Source: an uncultured Trueperaceae bacterium (GTDB lineage: Bacteria > Deinococcota > Deinococci > Deinococcales > Trueperaceae). From it: 64,000 nucleotides of DNA. A program made the position numbers and the translations under genes. The stretch covers positions 64,001 through 128,000 of the forward strand of contig CAWFFU010000010.1 in NCBI GenBank assembly GCA_963815215.1. Direction: 5' to 3'. The notes below the pieces were generated by a model. The model was not told where the DNA came from. It made no database searches and saw nothing but the letters and a program-made list of their open reading frames with translations. This document shows positions 9,302 through 18,201 of this stretch, in pieces (the first letter of the stretch is position 1; every line of letters begins with the position of its first letter).

Positions 9302-10214
9302 AGCGGATCCGCGGGTCGATGGCCGCGTAGAGCAGGTCTACCGCCATGTTGATGAGCAGGAACTCAACGGCGAACACGAGCATGAGCCCCTGGATAACGG
9401 GGTAGTCGCGGGCGTCGATCGACTGGATCAACAGCCAGCCGAGTCCCGGGTAGTTGAAGACGGTCTCGACGATCACCGCGCCGCTTAGGAGGAAGCCGAA
9501 TTGCAGGCCGGTGATGGTCAGCACCGGGATGAGCGCGTTGCGCAGCGCGTGACGGCCGATGACGCGAGCGCGACGCACGCCCTTGGCCCTGGCCGTGCGC
9601 ACGTAGTCCTCCCCCAGGACCTCGAGCAGACTCGAGCGGCTGAAGCGCGCGATCGTGCCCAGGGCGCTGGCCGCCAGGGTCAGTGCCGGCAGGACGATGC
9701 CGGTCGCGGTGGGCCCGCCGGAGATGGGCAGGATCCTGAGTCGGACGGCGAACGCATAGATGAACAGGATGCCGAGGAAGAACGACGGCGTGCTGATGCC
9801 GAGGATGGAGAAGACCGTGATGGTCAGGTCGAGCGGCGAGTCTCGGTTCATCGCCGCCCCGATGCCCGCGCCGATGCCCAGCAGGGTGGCGGCCGCGATC
9901 GCCGCGACCGAGAGCCACAAAGTTGGCAGGAAGTGATCGGCGATGACGCTGGTGGCCGGACGGTTGTTGCGGAACGACACCCCGAGGCTGCCACGAGCGA
10001 GGTTGCGCAGGTAGTACGCGAACTGCGTGGGCAGGGGACGGGTCAGGCCGAAGTCGCGCCGCACCTGCGCGACCTCGGTGGCGTCGGCTTCCGGCCCGGC
10101 GTAGAGCCGGGCCGGATCGCCTGGGAGCGCCCGCACGAAGAAGAAAACGACGAGCAGGACGCCGATCAGCGTGGGGATCGCCTGAAGAAGGCGTCGAGGA
10201 AGGTAGGCGAGCAT
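9294..10214 (-). CDS. Peptide/nickel ABC permease (DppB/GsiC-like)
   Basis: 'PGDPA', 'EDYVRTARAKG', 'ETVFNYPGLG', C-terminal 'DPRIRY'. Confidence 0.93.
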   Translation of the reverse strand: MLAYLPRRLLQAIPTLIGVLLVVFFFVRALPGDPARLYAGPEADATEVAQVRRDFGLTRPLPTQFAYYLRNLARGSLGVSFRNNRPATSVIADHFLPTLWLSVAAIAAATLLGIGAGIGAAMNRDSPLDLTITVFSILGISTPSFFLGILFIYAFAVRLRILPISGGPTATGIVLPALTLAASALGTIARFSRSSLLEVLGEDYVRTARAKGVRRARVIGRHALRNALIPVLTITGLQFGFLLSGAVIVETVFNYPGLGWLLIQSIDARDYPVIQGLMLVFAVEFLLINMAVDLLYAAIDPRIRYD

Positions 10215-10234
10215 TCAGCCCTGGCGGTCTCCGC

Positions 10235-11758
10235 CTAGTTGGTGAAAGCCGCGTCCCGCGCGTCGATGGTCTGCCCCGGCATGTAGTACACGCCGCTGAG
10301 CTTCTTGGACTGGCCGGCGATGTTGTCCGGGCTGTACAGGAAGATCCACGGTGCATCCTTCCAGACGATGGCCTGGGCCTGAGCGTAGATCTGGTCCCGC
10401 TGGGCCTGATCGCCGGTCGCGCGGCCTTCCTCGATGAGCTTGTCGACCTGAGGGTTGCTGTAGAAGCTCCAGTTGTTGAACGCGGGCGGGAACGAGGAGG
10501 TCGCGAAGCTCTGGGTCAGCGTCCGGTCGGCGTCGCCGTTGGGCGTGGAGGCGCCCACCAGGGAGCCCTCGAGCTTGGTCTCGCTGAGCGGCTTGAAGAT
10601 CTCTGAGACCAGGGCGCCCCGTTCGGTCGGGTTCAGCACGGCCTTCACGCCCACCTTGGCGAGCATGCTCTGGATGACCTGCCCCGCCGTCTTGAACTCG
10701 GTGCTGTTGAAGGTCAGGACGGTGAAGCTGAAACCGTCCGGGTACCCGGCCTCGGTGAGCAGCTGCTTCGCCTTCTCGGGGTCATAACCGTACGGCTGCT
10801 GCGCGGCGTAGCCGCGGACAGTCTGTGGCAACGGCGAGTCCAGGACGGTGCCGTAGCCCTGGACCGCTACCTTGACGAGTTGCTCCTTGTCGACCGCGTA
10901 GTTCAGGGCCTGCCGGACGCGCACGTCGGTGAACGGCTTGAAGTGCGTGTTCAGCGGGAAGATGCGCGCATAGGTGCTCTTGGAGATGACGGCCTCGAGG
11001 TTGGCCGAGGCGTCGACGGAACCCACCAGCTGGGCGGGCAGGCTCTCGATGAAGTCCGCCTCTCCGCTCTGCAGCATGGCGACGCGGGTCGCCGCATTGG
11101 GGACCTCGAGGAACTCGATGCGCTGCACCTTGGGTTTGGGGCCCCAGTACGACGGGTTGGCGTCGACCGTGATCTTCTGGCCTTCCTGCCAGCTCACGAA
11201 CGTGAACGGGCCCGTGCCGACGGGGTGCCGGCCGACGTCGGAGCCGTACTTCTGGATGGCGGCCGGGCTGATGATGCGGCCGTTGTACAGGGCGATGTTG
11301 GAGAGGAAGGTGGCGTCCGGGGCCGAGAGCGTGAAGCGGATCTCGTAGGGTCCCACCACCTCGAGGCTCTTGACGTTGGCGTAGAGGCTCTGTGCCCTGG
11401 CCGTGTTCTTGTTGGTCTTGTCCGTGGCCCATGCGAAGTAGGCCTTGACGGCGTCGGCGTTGAATGGCGTGCCGTCCTGGAAGGTAACACCCTGCCTGAG
11501 CTCGAATGTGAACTCGGTCGCGTCCGCGTTGATGGTCCAGGAGGTCGCCAGCTCGGGCTGGATCGAGAGGTCCTTGCCCAGGCCCACCAGGCCCTCGAAG
11601 ATGACGCGTTCCACGCTGGCATCTGCCAGGCCGGTGGTGGCAGCGGGGCTGAGGGTGTTGTGGCTCAACGACTGGGCGATCCTGAGTGTGGATTGCGCCA
11701 GCGCTGTGCCCCCGAGTGCAACGAGGACGACGAGTGCGATACGAAGGTGCTTCCGCAT
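10235..11758 (-). CDS. Family 5 ABC substrate-binding protein (GsiB/DppA-like)
   Basis: Signal peptide; 'LRQGVTFQDGTPFNADAVK', 'HPVGTGPF', 'NAATRVAMLQSGEADF', 'WKDAPWIFL'. Confidence 0.9.
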   Translation of the reverse strand: MRKHLRIALVVLVALGGTALAQSTLRIAQSLSHNTLSPAATTGLADASVERVIFEGLVGLGKDLSIQPELATSWTINADATEFTFELRQGVTFQDGTPFNADAVKAYFAWATDKTNKNTARAQSLYANVKSLEVVGPYEIRFTLSAPDATFLSNIALYNGRIISPAAIQKYGSDVGRHPVGTGPFTFVSWQEGQKITVDANPSYWGPKPKVQRIEFLEVPNAATRVAMLQSGEADFIESLPAQLVGSVDASANLEAVISKSTYARIFPLNTHFKPFTDVRVRQALNYAVDKEQLVKVAVQGYGTVLDSPLPQTVRGYAAQQPYGYDPEKAKQLLTEAGYPDGFSFTVLTFNSTEFKTAGQVIQSMLAKVGVKAVLNPTERGALVSEIFKPLSETKLEGSLVGASTPNGDADRTLTQSFATSSFPPAFNNWSFYSNPQVDKLIEEGRATGDQAQRDQIYAQAQAIVWKDAPWIFLYSPDNIAGQSKKLSGVYYMPGQTIDARDAAFTN

Positions 11759-11828
11759 GGCTTTCCCTCCCTATGGGGTGTGGCGAGACGAGCGCTCCTG
11801 GTGCCCTGGGCTGGGGCGGCGGTATCGA

Positions 11829-11860
11829 CGCGGGGCCGCCTCCGGCGTGGCGGCCCCGCG
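11829..11860. other. 12-bp GC hairpin between nitrilase and SBP genes
   Basis: CGCGGGGCCGCC / GGCGGCCCCGCG with 8-nt loop. Confidence 0.45.
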
Positions 11861-11868
11861 GGGCGGGT

Positions 11869-12702
11869 CTAGCTCAGCCGGTAGGCATCCGGTCGTCGGT
11901 GCGTCAGGCTCGGCAGGCGTTCCCGTGTCCTGGTCACGGCTTCGAGATCGATGTCCACGATGGTGATGCCCTCCTCGTCGGGCGCGCAGGCGAGGACCGT
12001 CCCCCACGGGTCGACGACCATGGAACGGCCGTAGGCCCGGAAGGCGCCCTCGACGCCGCCGAGCTGGGCGGGCGCCACGATGAACATGCCGTTCTCGATG
12101 GCGCGGGCGCGCAGCAGGGGTTCCCAGTGATCCTTGCCGGTGAAGAGGGTGAAGTTCGAGGGCACGAAGGTCATGACGGCGCCCTGCAGGGCGACCGAGC
12201 GGTAGAGCTCGGGGAAGCGAAGATCGTAGCAGATGCTCATCCCGATCCGCCCGAAGGGTGTGTCGGCGGTGACGATGCGGTCGCCGGGCAGGTTCCGTGC
12301 CGACTCCTGGGCATGGAACTGACCGGCGATGCTGACGTCGAACAGATGGATCTTGCGGTACGTCGCCGCGATCGAGCCGTCGTCGCCGAAGAGCACGCTG
12401 GTGTTGTAGACCTTGTCGGCGACGTCCGACCGCTCGCTGAAGCTGCCGGCGAGCAGCCACAGCCCGTGCTCCTTCGCGGCCGCGCCCAAGGCGTCGGTGA
12501 GGGGGCCCGGGATCGGCTCGGCGGTCGCAATCTTGACGTGATTCAGGCTGGAGGGGACGCGTAGGTGGAACGTCTCGGGAAGGGCAACGAACTGGGCGCC
12601 CATTTCGGCGGCGCTTCGCACCAGCCTCAGGGCACGCTCCACGTTGGCGTCCTTGTCTGTGCCGGCGTCGAGCTGAACGAGGGCCAGGCGACAACGTGAC
12701 AT
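11869..12702 (-). CDS. Carbon-nitrogen hydrolase (Nit1/deaminated glutathione amidase-like)
   Basis: Triad E (ALPETF), K (YRKIHLFD), C (SICYDLRFPELYR); 'HWEPLLRARAIEN'; start ATG 12702 (MSRCRL). Confidence 0.9.
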   Translation of the reverse strand: MSRCRLALVQLDAGTDKDANVERALRLVRSAAEMGAQFVALPETFHLRVPSSLNHVKIATAEPIPGPLTDALGAAAKEHGLWLLAGSFSERSDVADKVYNTSVLFGDDGSIAATYRKIHLFDVSIAGQFHAQESARNLPGDRIVTADTPFGRIGMSICYDLRFPELYRSVALQGAVMTFVPSNFTLFTGKDHWEPLLRARAIENGMFIVAPAQLGGVEGAFRAYGRSMVVDPWGTVLACAPDEEGITIVDIDLEAVTRTRERLPSLTHRRPDAYRLS

Positions 12703-12826
12703 GGACCAGTATTCCCCAATTCGCCTCAGGAAGGTAGGGATGTCGCGGACCGGCTCGCCGGCCACGGCTTCGTGGCTCGAGGGACGGCCGCGCGCTGAGC
12801 CATTCACGCGCTCGCCCTGATGGACA

Positions 12827-13468
12827 ATGGACGGCAAGGAGGTCAACGTGAGCATCGATGGTGGTGGGCTCGAGCGATACAAGGGGGTCTCGGCCGGGAC
12901 GATCGGGCATTTCCGGACCGAAGGGTTCATGGACGTCGGGATCCAAGCCCTCGCTCGCCCCGTCCGTGTCCTGGGGCGGGCCTTTACCGTGTCCTGCCAG
13001 CCCACCGACAACGCTCCCGTGTCCGCGGCGTTGACCCAGGCCGCCCCCGGCGACATCCTCGTCATCGACCGGCAGGGGGACCGGAGGCACGCCTGCTGGG
13101 GCGGGATCCTCACGCAGGCCGCGAAACTCGCCGGGCTCGCGGGCGTCGTCATCGACGGCGCGGCGACGGACTGGCGCGAGATCACGGAGTCGGGGTTTCC
13201 GGTGTTTTGCACGAACCTGTCGGCGCTGACGACCCGGCGGCTGGACCTCGAGGGGTCGCTCGGCGAGCCCATCATGTGCGGCGGCGTGTGTGTCAGCACG
13301 GGCGACGTGGTGTTGGGCGACGACGACGGCGTGGTCGTGCTCCCGGCAGCGGCGGCCGAGGCGGTGCTGGCCGAGGCGAAGCTGCGCGAAGCGCGGGAGG
13401 AGCGCATGCTGGGCTTCCTGGCCCAGGGACTGCCGCTGGCCGAAGCGCGGCGTCGCGCCTTGGAGTAG
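12827..13468 (+). CDS. RraA-like / HMG-CHA aldolase family protein
   Basis: 'GRAFTV', 'PGDILVID', 'ACWGG', 'GVVIDG', 'GDVVLGDDDGVVV'. Confidence 0.85.
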   Translation: MDGKEVNVSIDGGGLERYKGVSAGTIGHFRTEGFMDVGIQALARPVRVLGRAFTVSCQPTDNAPVSAALTQAAPGDILVIDRQGDRRHACWGGILTQAAKLAGLAGVVIDGAATDWREITESGFPVFCTNLSALTTRRLDLEGSLGEPIMCGGVCVSTGDVVLGDDDGVVVLPAAAAEAVLAEAKLREAREERMLGFLAQGLPLAEARRRALE

Positions 13469-13661
13469 GCGGCCCCTCGCGCCCGGCGTGGCAGCTGCGC
13501 AGCAGGGCCGGCGGGCGCCCCTGCGCCTGCCGCGCGCCGCACCGGCTCGGGCTCTGGCATCCCGACCGGGACCGGAACGTGCCCTGAGGAACAATCGTCT
13601 CACATCGTCCTCATGGACCGCCGTTAGCCTCACATCGGTTCGTCCAAGGAGGATCTCGTTG

Positions 13662-14564
13662 ATGGCTGACGCTTCGTCAAGCGCCTCACGTATCGTCGGG
13701 TTGAGCAGCGGGCACCATGTCTGGACCCGGCGTGTCGGCAGGGCGTCGACGCGGATGCTCACGTTGCACGGCGGCCCGGGTTGCTCGCACGAATACTTCG
13801 AGGCGCTCGAGGACCATCTGGCGCCCGACGAGGTCGAGTTCTACTACTACGATCAGCTGGGGTCGTACTATTCGGATCAGCCCGACGACACGAGCCTGTG
13901 GACGGTCGATCGCTTCCGCTCCGAGGTGGAGGAGGTCCGCGGCGCGTTGGGCCTCGATGACTTCTTCCTGTTCGGGAACTCGTGGGGCGGGATGCTCGGC
14001 ATCGAGTACGCCCTGCACCACCAGGACCACCTCAAGGGACTGATCGTCTCCAACATGACCGCGAGCATCGCCTCGTACGTGCAGCACGTGAACGAGCTGC
14101 GCGATCGGTTGCCCGACGCGCTCGTCGACGAGATGGCGTCCTACGAGAAGGTCGGCGACTACGATGCGCCGCGCTACCAGGCCCTCCTGACCGAGCAACT
14201 GTACAAGAAGCACATCTGCCGGCTCGACCCCTGGCCCCCCTCGGTGCAGCGCTGCATGGATCACCTGGCGCTCCCCGTGTACAACACCATGCAGGGCCCC
14301 AACGAGTTCGTCGTGACCGGAAACTTCGCGGAGTGGGACCGCTGGGACGACCTGAGCCGCATCGAGGTGCCCACCCTGCTGGTGGTGGGCCGGCACGACA
14401 CCATGCGCGTCGCGGACATCGAGGAGATGGGGCGCCGCATGCCGAACGCCCGCGTCCACGTCTGCGAGAACGGCAGCCACATGCCGTTCTGGGACGACGC
14501 GGCCGACTACTTCGAGGCCCTCCGGGGCTTCCTGCGTGACGTCGAGAGCGGCGCCTTCGGGTAG
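13662..14564 (+). CDS. Proline iminopeptidase / L-amino acid amidase (S33)
   Basis: RBS AGGAGG; HGGPG, 'YDQLGS', nucleophile elbow GNSWGG, 'MQGPNEF', 'GSH'. Confidence 0.9.
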   Translation: MADASSSASRIVGLSSGHHVWTRRVGRASTRMLTLHGGPGCSHEYFEALEDHLAPDEVEFYYYDQLGSYYSDQPDDTSLWTVDRFRSEVEEVRGALGLDDFFLFGNSWGGMLGIEYALHHQDHLKGLIVSNMTASIASYVQHVNELRDRLPDALVDEMASYEKVGDYDAPRYQALLTEQLYKKHICRLDPWPPSVQRCMDHLALPVYNTMQGPNEFVVTGNFAEWDRWDDLSRIEVPTLLVVGRHDTMRVADIEEMGRRMPNARVHVCENGSHMPFWDDAADYFEALRGFLRDVESGAFG

Positions 14565-14630
14565 GCGCGCGGTACTGCTCGGTTCCACCATCCACAGACC
14601 ACCCGATAGATCACTTCTTGGAGGCATCGT

Positions 14631-16235
14631 ATGCGTTCGAACGGAGTAGTTCGATTCTCGACCAGGCTCGCAGCCGCGGCAACGGCGGCTGCGGCCGTGT
14701 TGCTGACGCCGGCCCTCGCTGCCACGCCCCAGAAGGGCGGCACAATCGTGGTGGCGTTGCCTAACCCCATCGTGGCCGCCGATCCCGCCTTCTCATACGG
14801 GTTCGTGACCAACCCGGTCGTCACCAACATGGCCGAAGGGCTCCTGAAGTTCGGCCCGGGCGAGCAGGTCGAGCCCAACCTGGCGTCCTCGGTGGATCAC
14901 CCTGACGCGCTCACGTACATCTACCACCTTCGCAAGGACGTGACCTTCTGGGACGGCAAGCCGATGACGGCGGACGACGTCGTGTTCAGCATGCAGCGCT
15001 ACATGGACCCCAAGACGGCGTCCTACGTAGCCTGGATGTACGGCAGCGTCAAGTCCATCGAGAAGGTCGACGCGGCCACCGTCAAGGTGACGCTGAGCAA
15101 GCCCGATGCGCTGTGGCAGTACGTGCCGGCCACCACCGCAGGGGACGTCATCGAGAAGGCGTACTTCGAGGCGCACAAGGACAACTTCGGCAAGCCCGGC
15201 GGTGGTCTGATGGCCACCGGCCCGTTCGAGCTCGCCAAGTGGTCCCAGGGCCAGGAGATCGTGCTGAAGCGCAATCCGCACTACTGGGATGCTTCGCATG
15301 GCGGCCCCTACCTCGATGAGATCGACTACAAGATCATCCCCGAGTCGACGACCAGCGTGGTGGGGCTCAAGACCGGCGAGGTCGGCGCCATGTTCAACGT
15401 TCCGGTCAACCTGATCTCGGTCATCCAGAAGATGAGCAACGTCCAGCTGCAGCTCGCAAGCAGCTACTTCGTCGACGCCATCGCCTTCAACACCCAGAAC
15501 AAGCCGTTCGACGACGTCAAGGTCCGGCAGGCGCTGTACTACGCGTTCAACGAGGCGCAGTTCATCAAGTCGGTGATCAAGGACGCAGGCGACGCCGCCA
15601 AGGCCACGCCGGTGCCGCCGGCCCTTTGGGTCTTCGATAAGGCCGCTTGGTCGGCCGCCTGGGACAAGATTCCCAACTACTCCTACAACCTGGCCAAGGC
15701 CAAGGCGCTTCTGGCGCAGTCGTCGGTGCCCAACGGCTTCACGGCCACGATGGAGACCGACAGCAACAACGTGCGCCTCAACAGCGCGTTGACCCTGCAG
15801 GCGGGCGCCAAGGCCATCGGCATCACCCTGAACATCAACAAGGTGCCCGGCAAGCAGCTCGAGACGGACTTCTTCAACGGCAAGCGTCCGTACGACATCA
15901 TCATCGACGCCTGGTCCACCGACTTCCCCGACCCGGCCGGGAACCTCCAGCCGGTGTTCGCGAGCCAGTACGCGGGCGACGGCGGGTCCAACATCGCCAA
16001 CTACAAGAACCCCGCCCTCGACAAGCTCCTGAGTGAGCAGAACGCCCTGTCGGACCCCGCCAAACGCACTGCCCTGATGATCCAGGCGCAGGACGTGATC
16101 ACGCACGACGTGCCGTGGATCAACACCGACTACCCGAAGGTGATCTTCGTCATGGGCAAGAAGTACGCGGGCTACCAGATCCAGCCGTTGTGGTACTGGG
16201 ACGCGTGGGCGAAGGACGTGTACACGGTCAAGTAG
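14631..16235 (+). CDS. Family 5 ABC substrate-binding protein
   Basis: Signal peptide; 'LRKDVTFWDGKPMTADDVVFS', 'TGPF', 'PFDDVKVRQAL'. Confidence 0.9.
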   Translation: MRSNGVVRFSTRLAAAATAAAAVLLTPALAATPQKGGTIVVALPNPIVAADPAFSYGFVTNPVVTNMAEGLLKFGPGEQVEPNLASSVDHPDALTYIYHLRKDVTFWDGKPMTADDVVFSMQRYMDPKTASYVAWMYGSVKSIEKVDAATVKVTLSKPDALWQYVPATTAGDVIEKAYFEAHKDNFGKPGGGLMATGPFELAKWSQGQEIVLKRNPHYWDASHGGPYLDEIDYKIIPESTTSVVGLKTGEVGAMFNVPVNLISVIQKMSNVQLQLASSYFVDAIAFNTQNKPFDDVKVRQALYYAFNEAQFIKSVIKDAGDAAKATPVPPALWVFDKAAWSAAWDKIPNYSYNLAKAKALLAQSSVPNGFTATMETDSNNVRLNSALTLQAGAKAIGITLNINKVPGKQLETDFFNGKRPYDIIIDAWSTDFPDPAGNLQPVFASQYAGDGGSNIANYKNPALDKLLSEQNALSDPAKRTALMIQAQDVITHDVPWINTDYPKVIFVMGKKYAGYQIQPLWYWDAWAKDVYTVK

Positions 16236-16254
16236 GCCGTACCGAACCATGCCT

Positions 16255-16288
16255 GCGTGCGGCGGACGCGTTGGCGTCCGCCGCACGC
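16255..16288 (+). other. 15-bp perfect stem-loop between SBP and permease (mRNA-stabilising or partial terminator)
   Basis: GCGTGCGGCGGACGC-GTTG-GCGTCCGCCGCACGC. Confidence 0.65.
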
Positions 16289-16304
16289 CGCGCTCTGGAG
16301 TCCC

Positions 16305-17249
16305 GTGCTGAGCTACATCATCAAGCGCATCGGCCAAGCCGTCCCCGTCCTCGTGGTGCTCTCGGCGGTCGTGTTCGGCATGGTGCACCTCGCGCCCGTC
16401 GATCCAGCTGTGGTCATGGCGGGGGGTCACCAGACGAGCCAGGCCACCCTTGCGGCGGTCCGCAAGCGCTATCACCTGGATCAGCCGGTCGTCGTGCAAT
16501 ACCTGTACTGGGCGCGCGACGCGCTGTCGGGAAACCTGGGCGAGAGCTTCGTGCTGAAGCAGAACGTATCGACGATGATCGGCGACCGCCTCCCGATCAG
16601 CCTCAAGCTCATCGGTCTGGCGTTCCTGATCAATATCGCGGTCTCGTTCCCGCTCGCAACCTTCGCGGCGGCCTACGAGGGGAGCTGGATCGACTACTTC
16701 GCGTCCGTCCTCGCCCTGGTGGGCGCGTCCGCGCCCGTGTTCTTCACGGGGATCGCGGGCATCCTGCTGTTCTCGTTCGATCTCGGCTGGCTACCGGCCT
16801 TCGGAGCCGGCGAGTCGGGAAACGTCGTCGATCAGCTCCGCAGCCTCATCATGCCGGCGGCGGCTCTGGGCCTCAATCTGGTGGCCCTGAGTTCACGCAT
16901 CATGCGAAGCAGCCTGAGTGAGGTGTTGCGTGCGGACTACGTCCGCACGGCCAAGGCCAAGGGCCTCTCTGGCACGGCCGTCCTCCTCAAGCACGCCATG
17001 AGGAACGCGCTGCTACCTGTGGTCACCATCCTGGGGCTCGAGCTCGGCTTCCTTGTGGTGGGCACCGTGCTGGTGGAGTACACCTTCGGACTGGGGGGGC
17101 TCGGCAGCTTGATCGTCAACGCCGTGCAGAGCAACGACTACCCCGTGGTGCAGGGCACGACGCTCTTCGTCGCGGTTGTGTTCATGGCGCTGAACCTGCT
17201 CGTGGACGTCCTGTATGCTGTCCTGGACCCGAGGATCCAGTACCGGTGA
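16305..17249 (+). CDS. Peptide/nickel ABC permease (DppB-like)
   Basis: GTG start (LSYIIKRIGQ); 'ADYVRTAKAKG', 'NDYPVVQG', 'LDPRIQY'. Confidence 0.92.
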   Translation: MLSYIIKRIGQAVPVLVVLSAVVFGMVHLAPVDPAVVMAGGHQTSQATLAAVRKRYHLDQPVVVQYLYWARDALSGNLGESFVLKQNVSTMIGDRLPISLKLIGLAFLINIAVSFPLATFAAAYEGSWIDYFASVLALVGASAPVFFTGIAGILLFSFDLGWLPAFGAGESGNVVDQLRSLIMPAAALGLNLVALSSRIMRSSLSEVLRADYVRTAKAKGLSGTAVLLKHAMRNALLPVVTILGLELGFLVVGTVLVEYTFGLGGLGSLIVNAVQSNDYPVVQGTTLFVAVVFMALNLLVDVLYAVLDPRIQYR

Positions 17250-18112
17250 GCGCGGCGAGGGCCTCCGGGGTTCGCCGTGGGCGCTGGCGCCGTCTCGGGC
17301 GCTCGCCGCTGGTGCGAAATCCCGTCTACCTGACCGCCACCGTCGTGGTGATCGTGATCGTCCTGATGGGGGTCCTGGCTCCGCTCGTCGCCCCTTACGG
17401 CCCCAACCAGACGGACCTCGCCAACGCGCTCACGCCCGCCTCTGCTCAGCACTGGCTGGGGACGGACAAGCAGGGGCGGGACATCCTGAGCCGGATCATC
17501 TGGGGCACGCGCCCGGCGCTACTGTCGGCGCTGCTGGTGATCGGCCTGTCTGGCCTCCTCGGCGTCCCGCTGGCGGTGCTCGGCGGCTTCGTCGGCGGTA
17601 CCGCGGACGCGATCATCAACCGCGCTTGGGACGTCGTGCTCTCCATCCCACCGCTCCTGCTCGCGTTCGTGACCGCCACCCTGTTCGGCGGCGGCATCGT
17701 CAACGCCGTGGCGTCGCTCAGCATCGCCTACGCGCCGCTCATCGCACGCGTGGTGCGCGCGCTGGTGCTGCGCGAGCGCGAGATGACCTACGTGGAGTCC
17801 GCCGGCGCGATCGGGGCGTCGACGCCTCGCATCCTCGGCAGCCACGTGCTGCCCAACATCCTGACCTCGGTCGTGGTGCAGTCGTCGGTGAACCTGGCGT
17901 ACGCCATCCTCGACCTGTCCGCGCTCTCGTACCTGGGGCTGGGCATCCAGCCGCCGACGGCCGACTGGGGAGCGATGCTGTCCAGCGGCCGCGAGTACCT
18001 GTTGATCTCGCCGAACGTGGCGCTGGCCTCCGGCATCGCCATCATGGTCACCGTGGTGGCCTTCAACCTCTTCAGCGACGGCCTCAAGAAGGCCTTCGAG
18101 CCGAAGCGCTAG
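17246..18112 (+). CDS. Peptide/nickel ABC permease (DppC-like)
   Basis: 'HWLGTDKQGRDILSR', 'YVESAGAIGAS', 'LSYLGLGIQPPTADWG'; GTGA overlap. Confidence 0.92.
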   Translation: MSAARASGVRRGRWRRLGRSPLVRNPVYLTATVVVIVIVLMGVLAPLVAPYGPNQTDLANALTPASAQHWLGTDKQGRDILSRIIWGTRPALLSALLVIGLSGLLGVPLAVLGGFVGGTADAIINRAWDVVLSIPPLLLAFVTATLFGGGIVNAVASLSIAYAPLIARVVRALVLREREMTYVESAGAIGASTPRILGSHVLPNILTSVVVQSSVNLAYAILDLSALSYLGLGIQPPTADWGAMLSSGREYLLISPNVALASGIAIMVTVVAFNLFSDGLKKAFEPKR

Positions 18113-18150
18113 CGGGGTCGGAGGCACCCCTCCGCGGCCGCAGAACGCGG

Positions 18151-18181
18151 CGGGGTCGGGCTGGCATCCAGCCCGACCCCG
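18151..18181. terminator. 14-bp hairpin between convergent genes
   Basis: CGGGGTCGGGCTGG-CAT-CCAGCCCGACCCCG. Confidence 0.6.
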
Positions 18182-18201
18182 GCCCATGGCGTCGTGGTCG
18201 A

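Noticed and set aside
11869..13560. 563-aa extended nitrilase ORF
   Set aside because: The extension is antisense to the RraA-like gene; the domain starts at ATG 12702.
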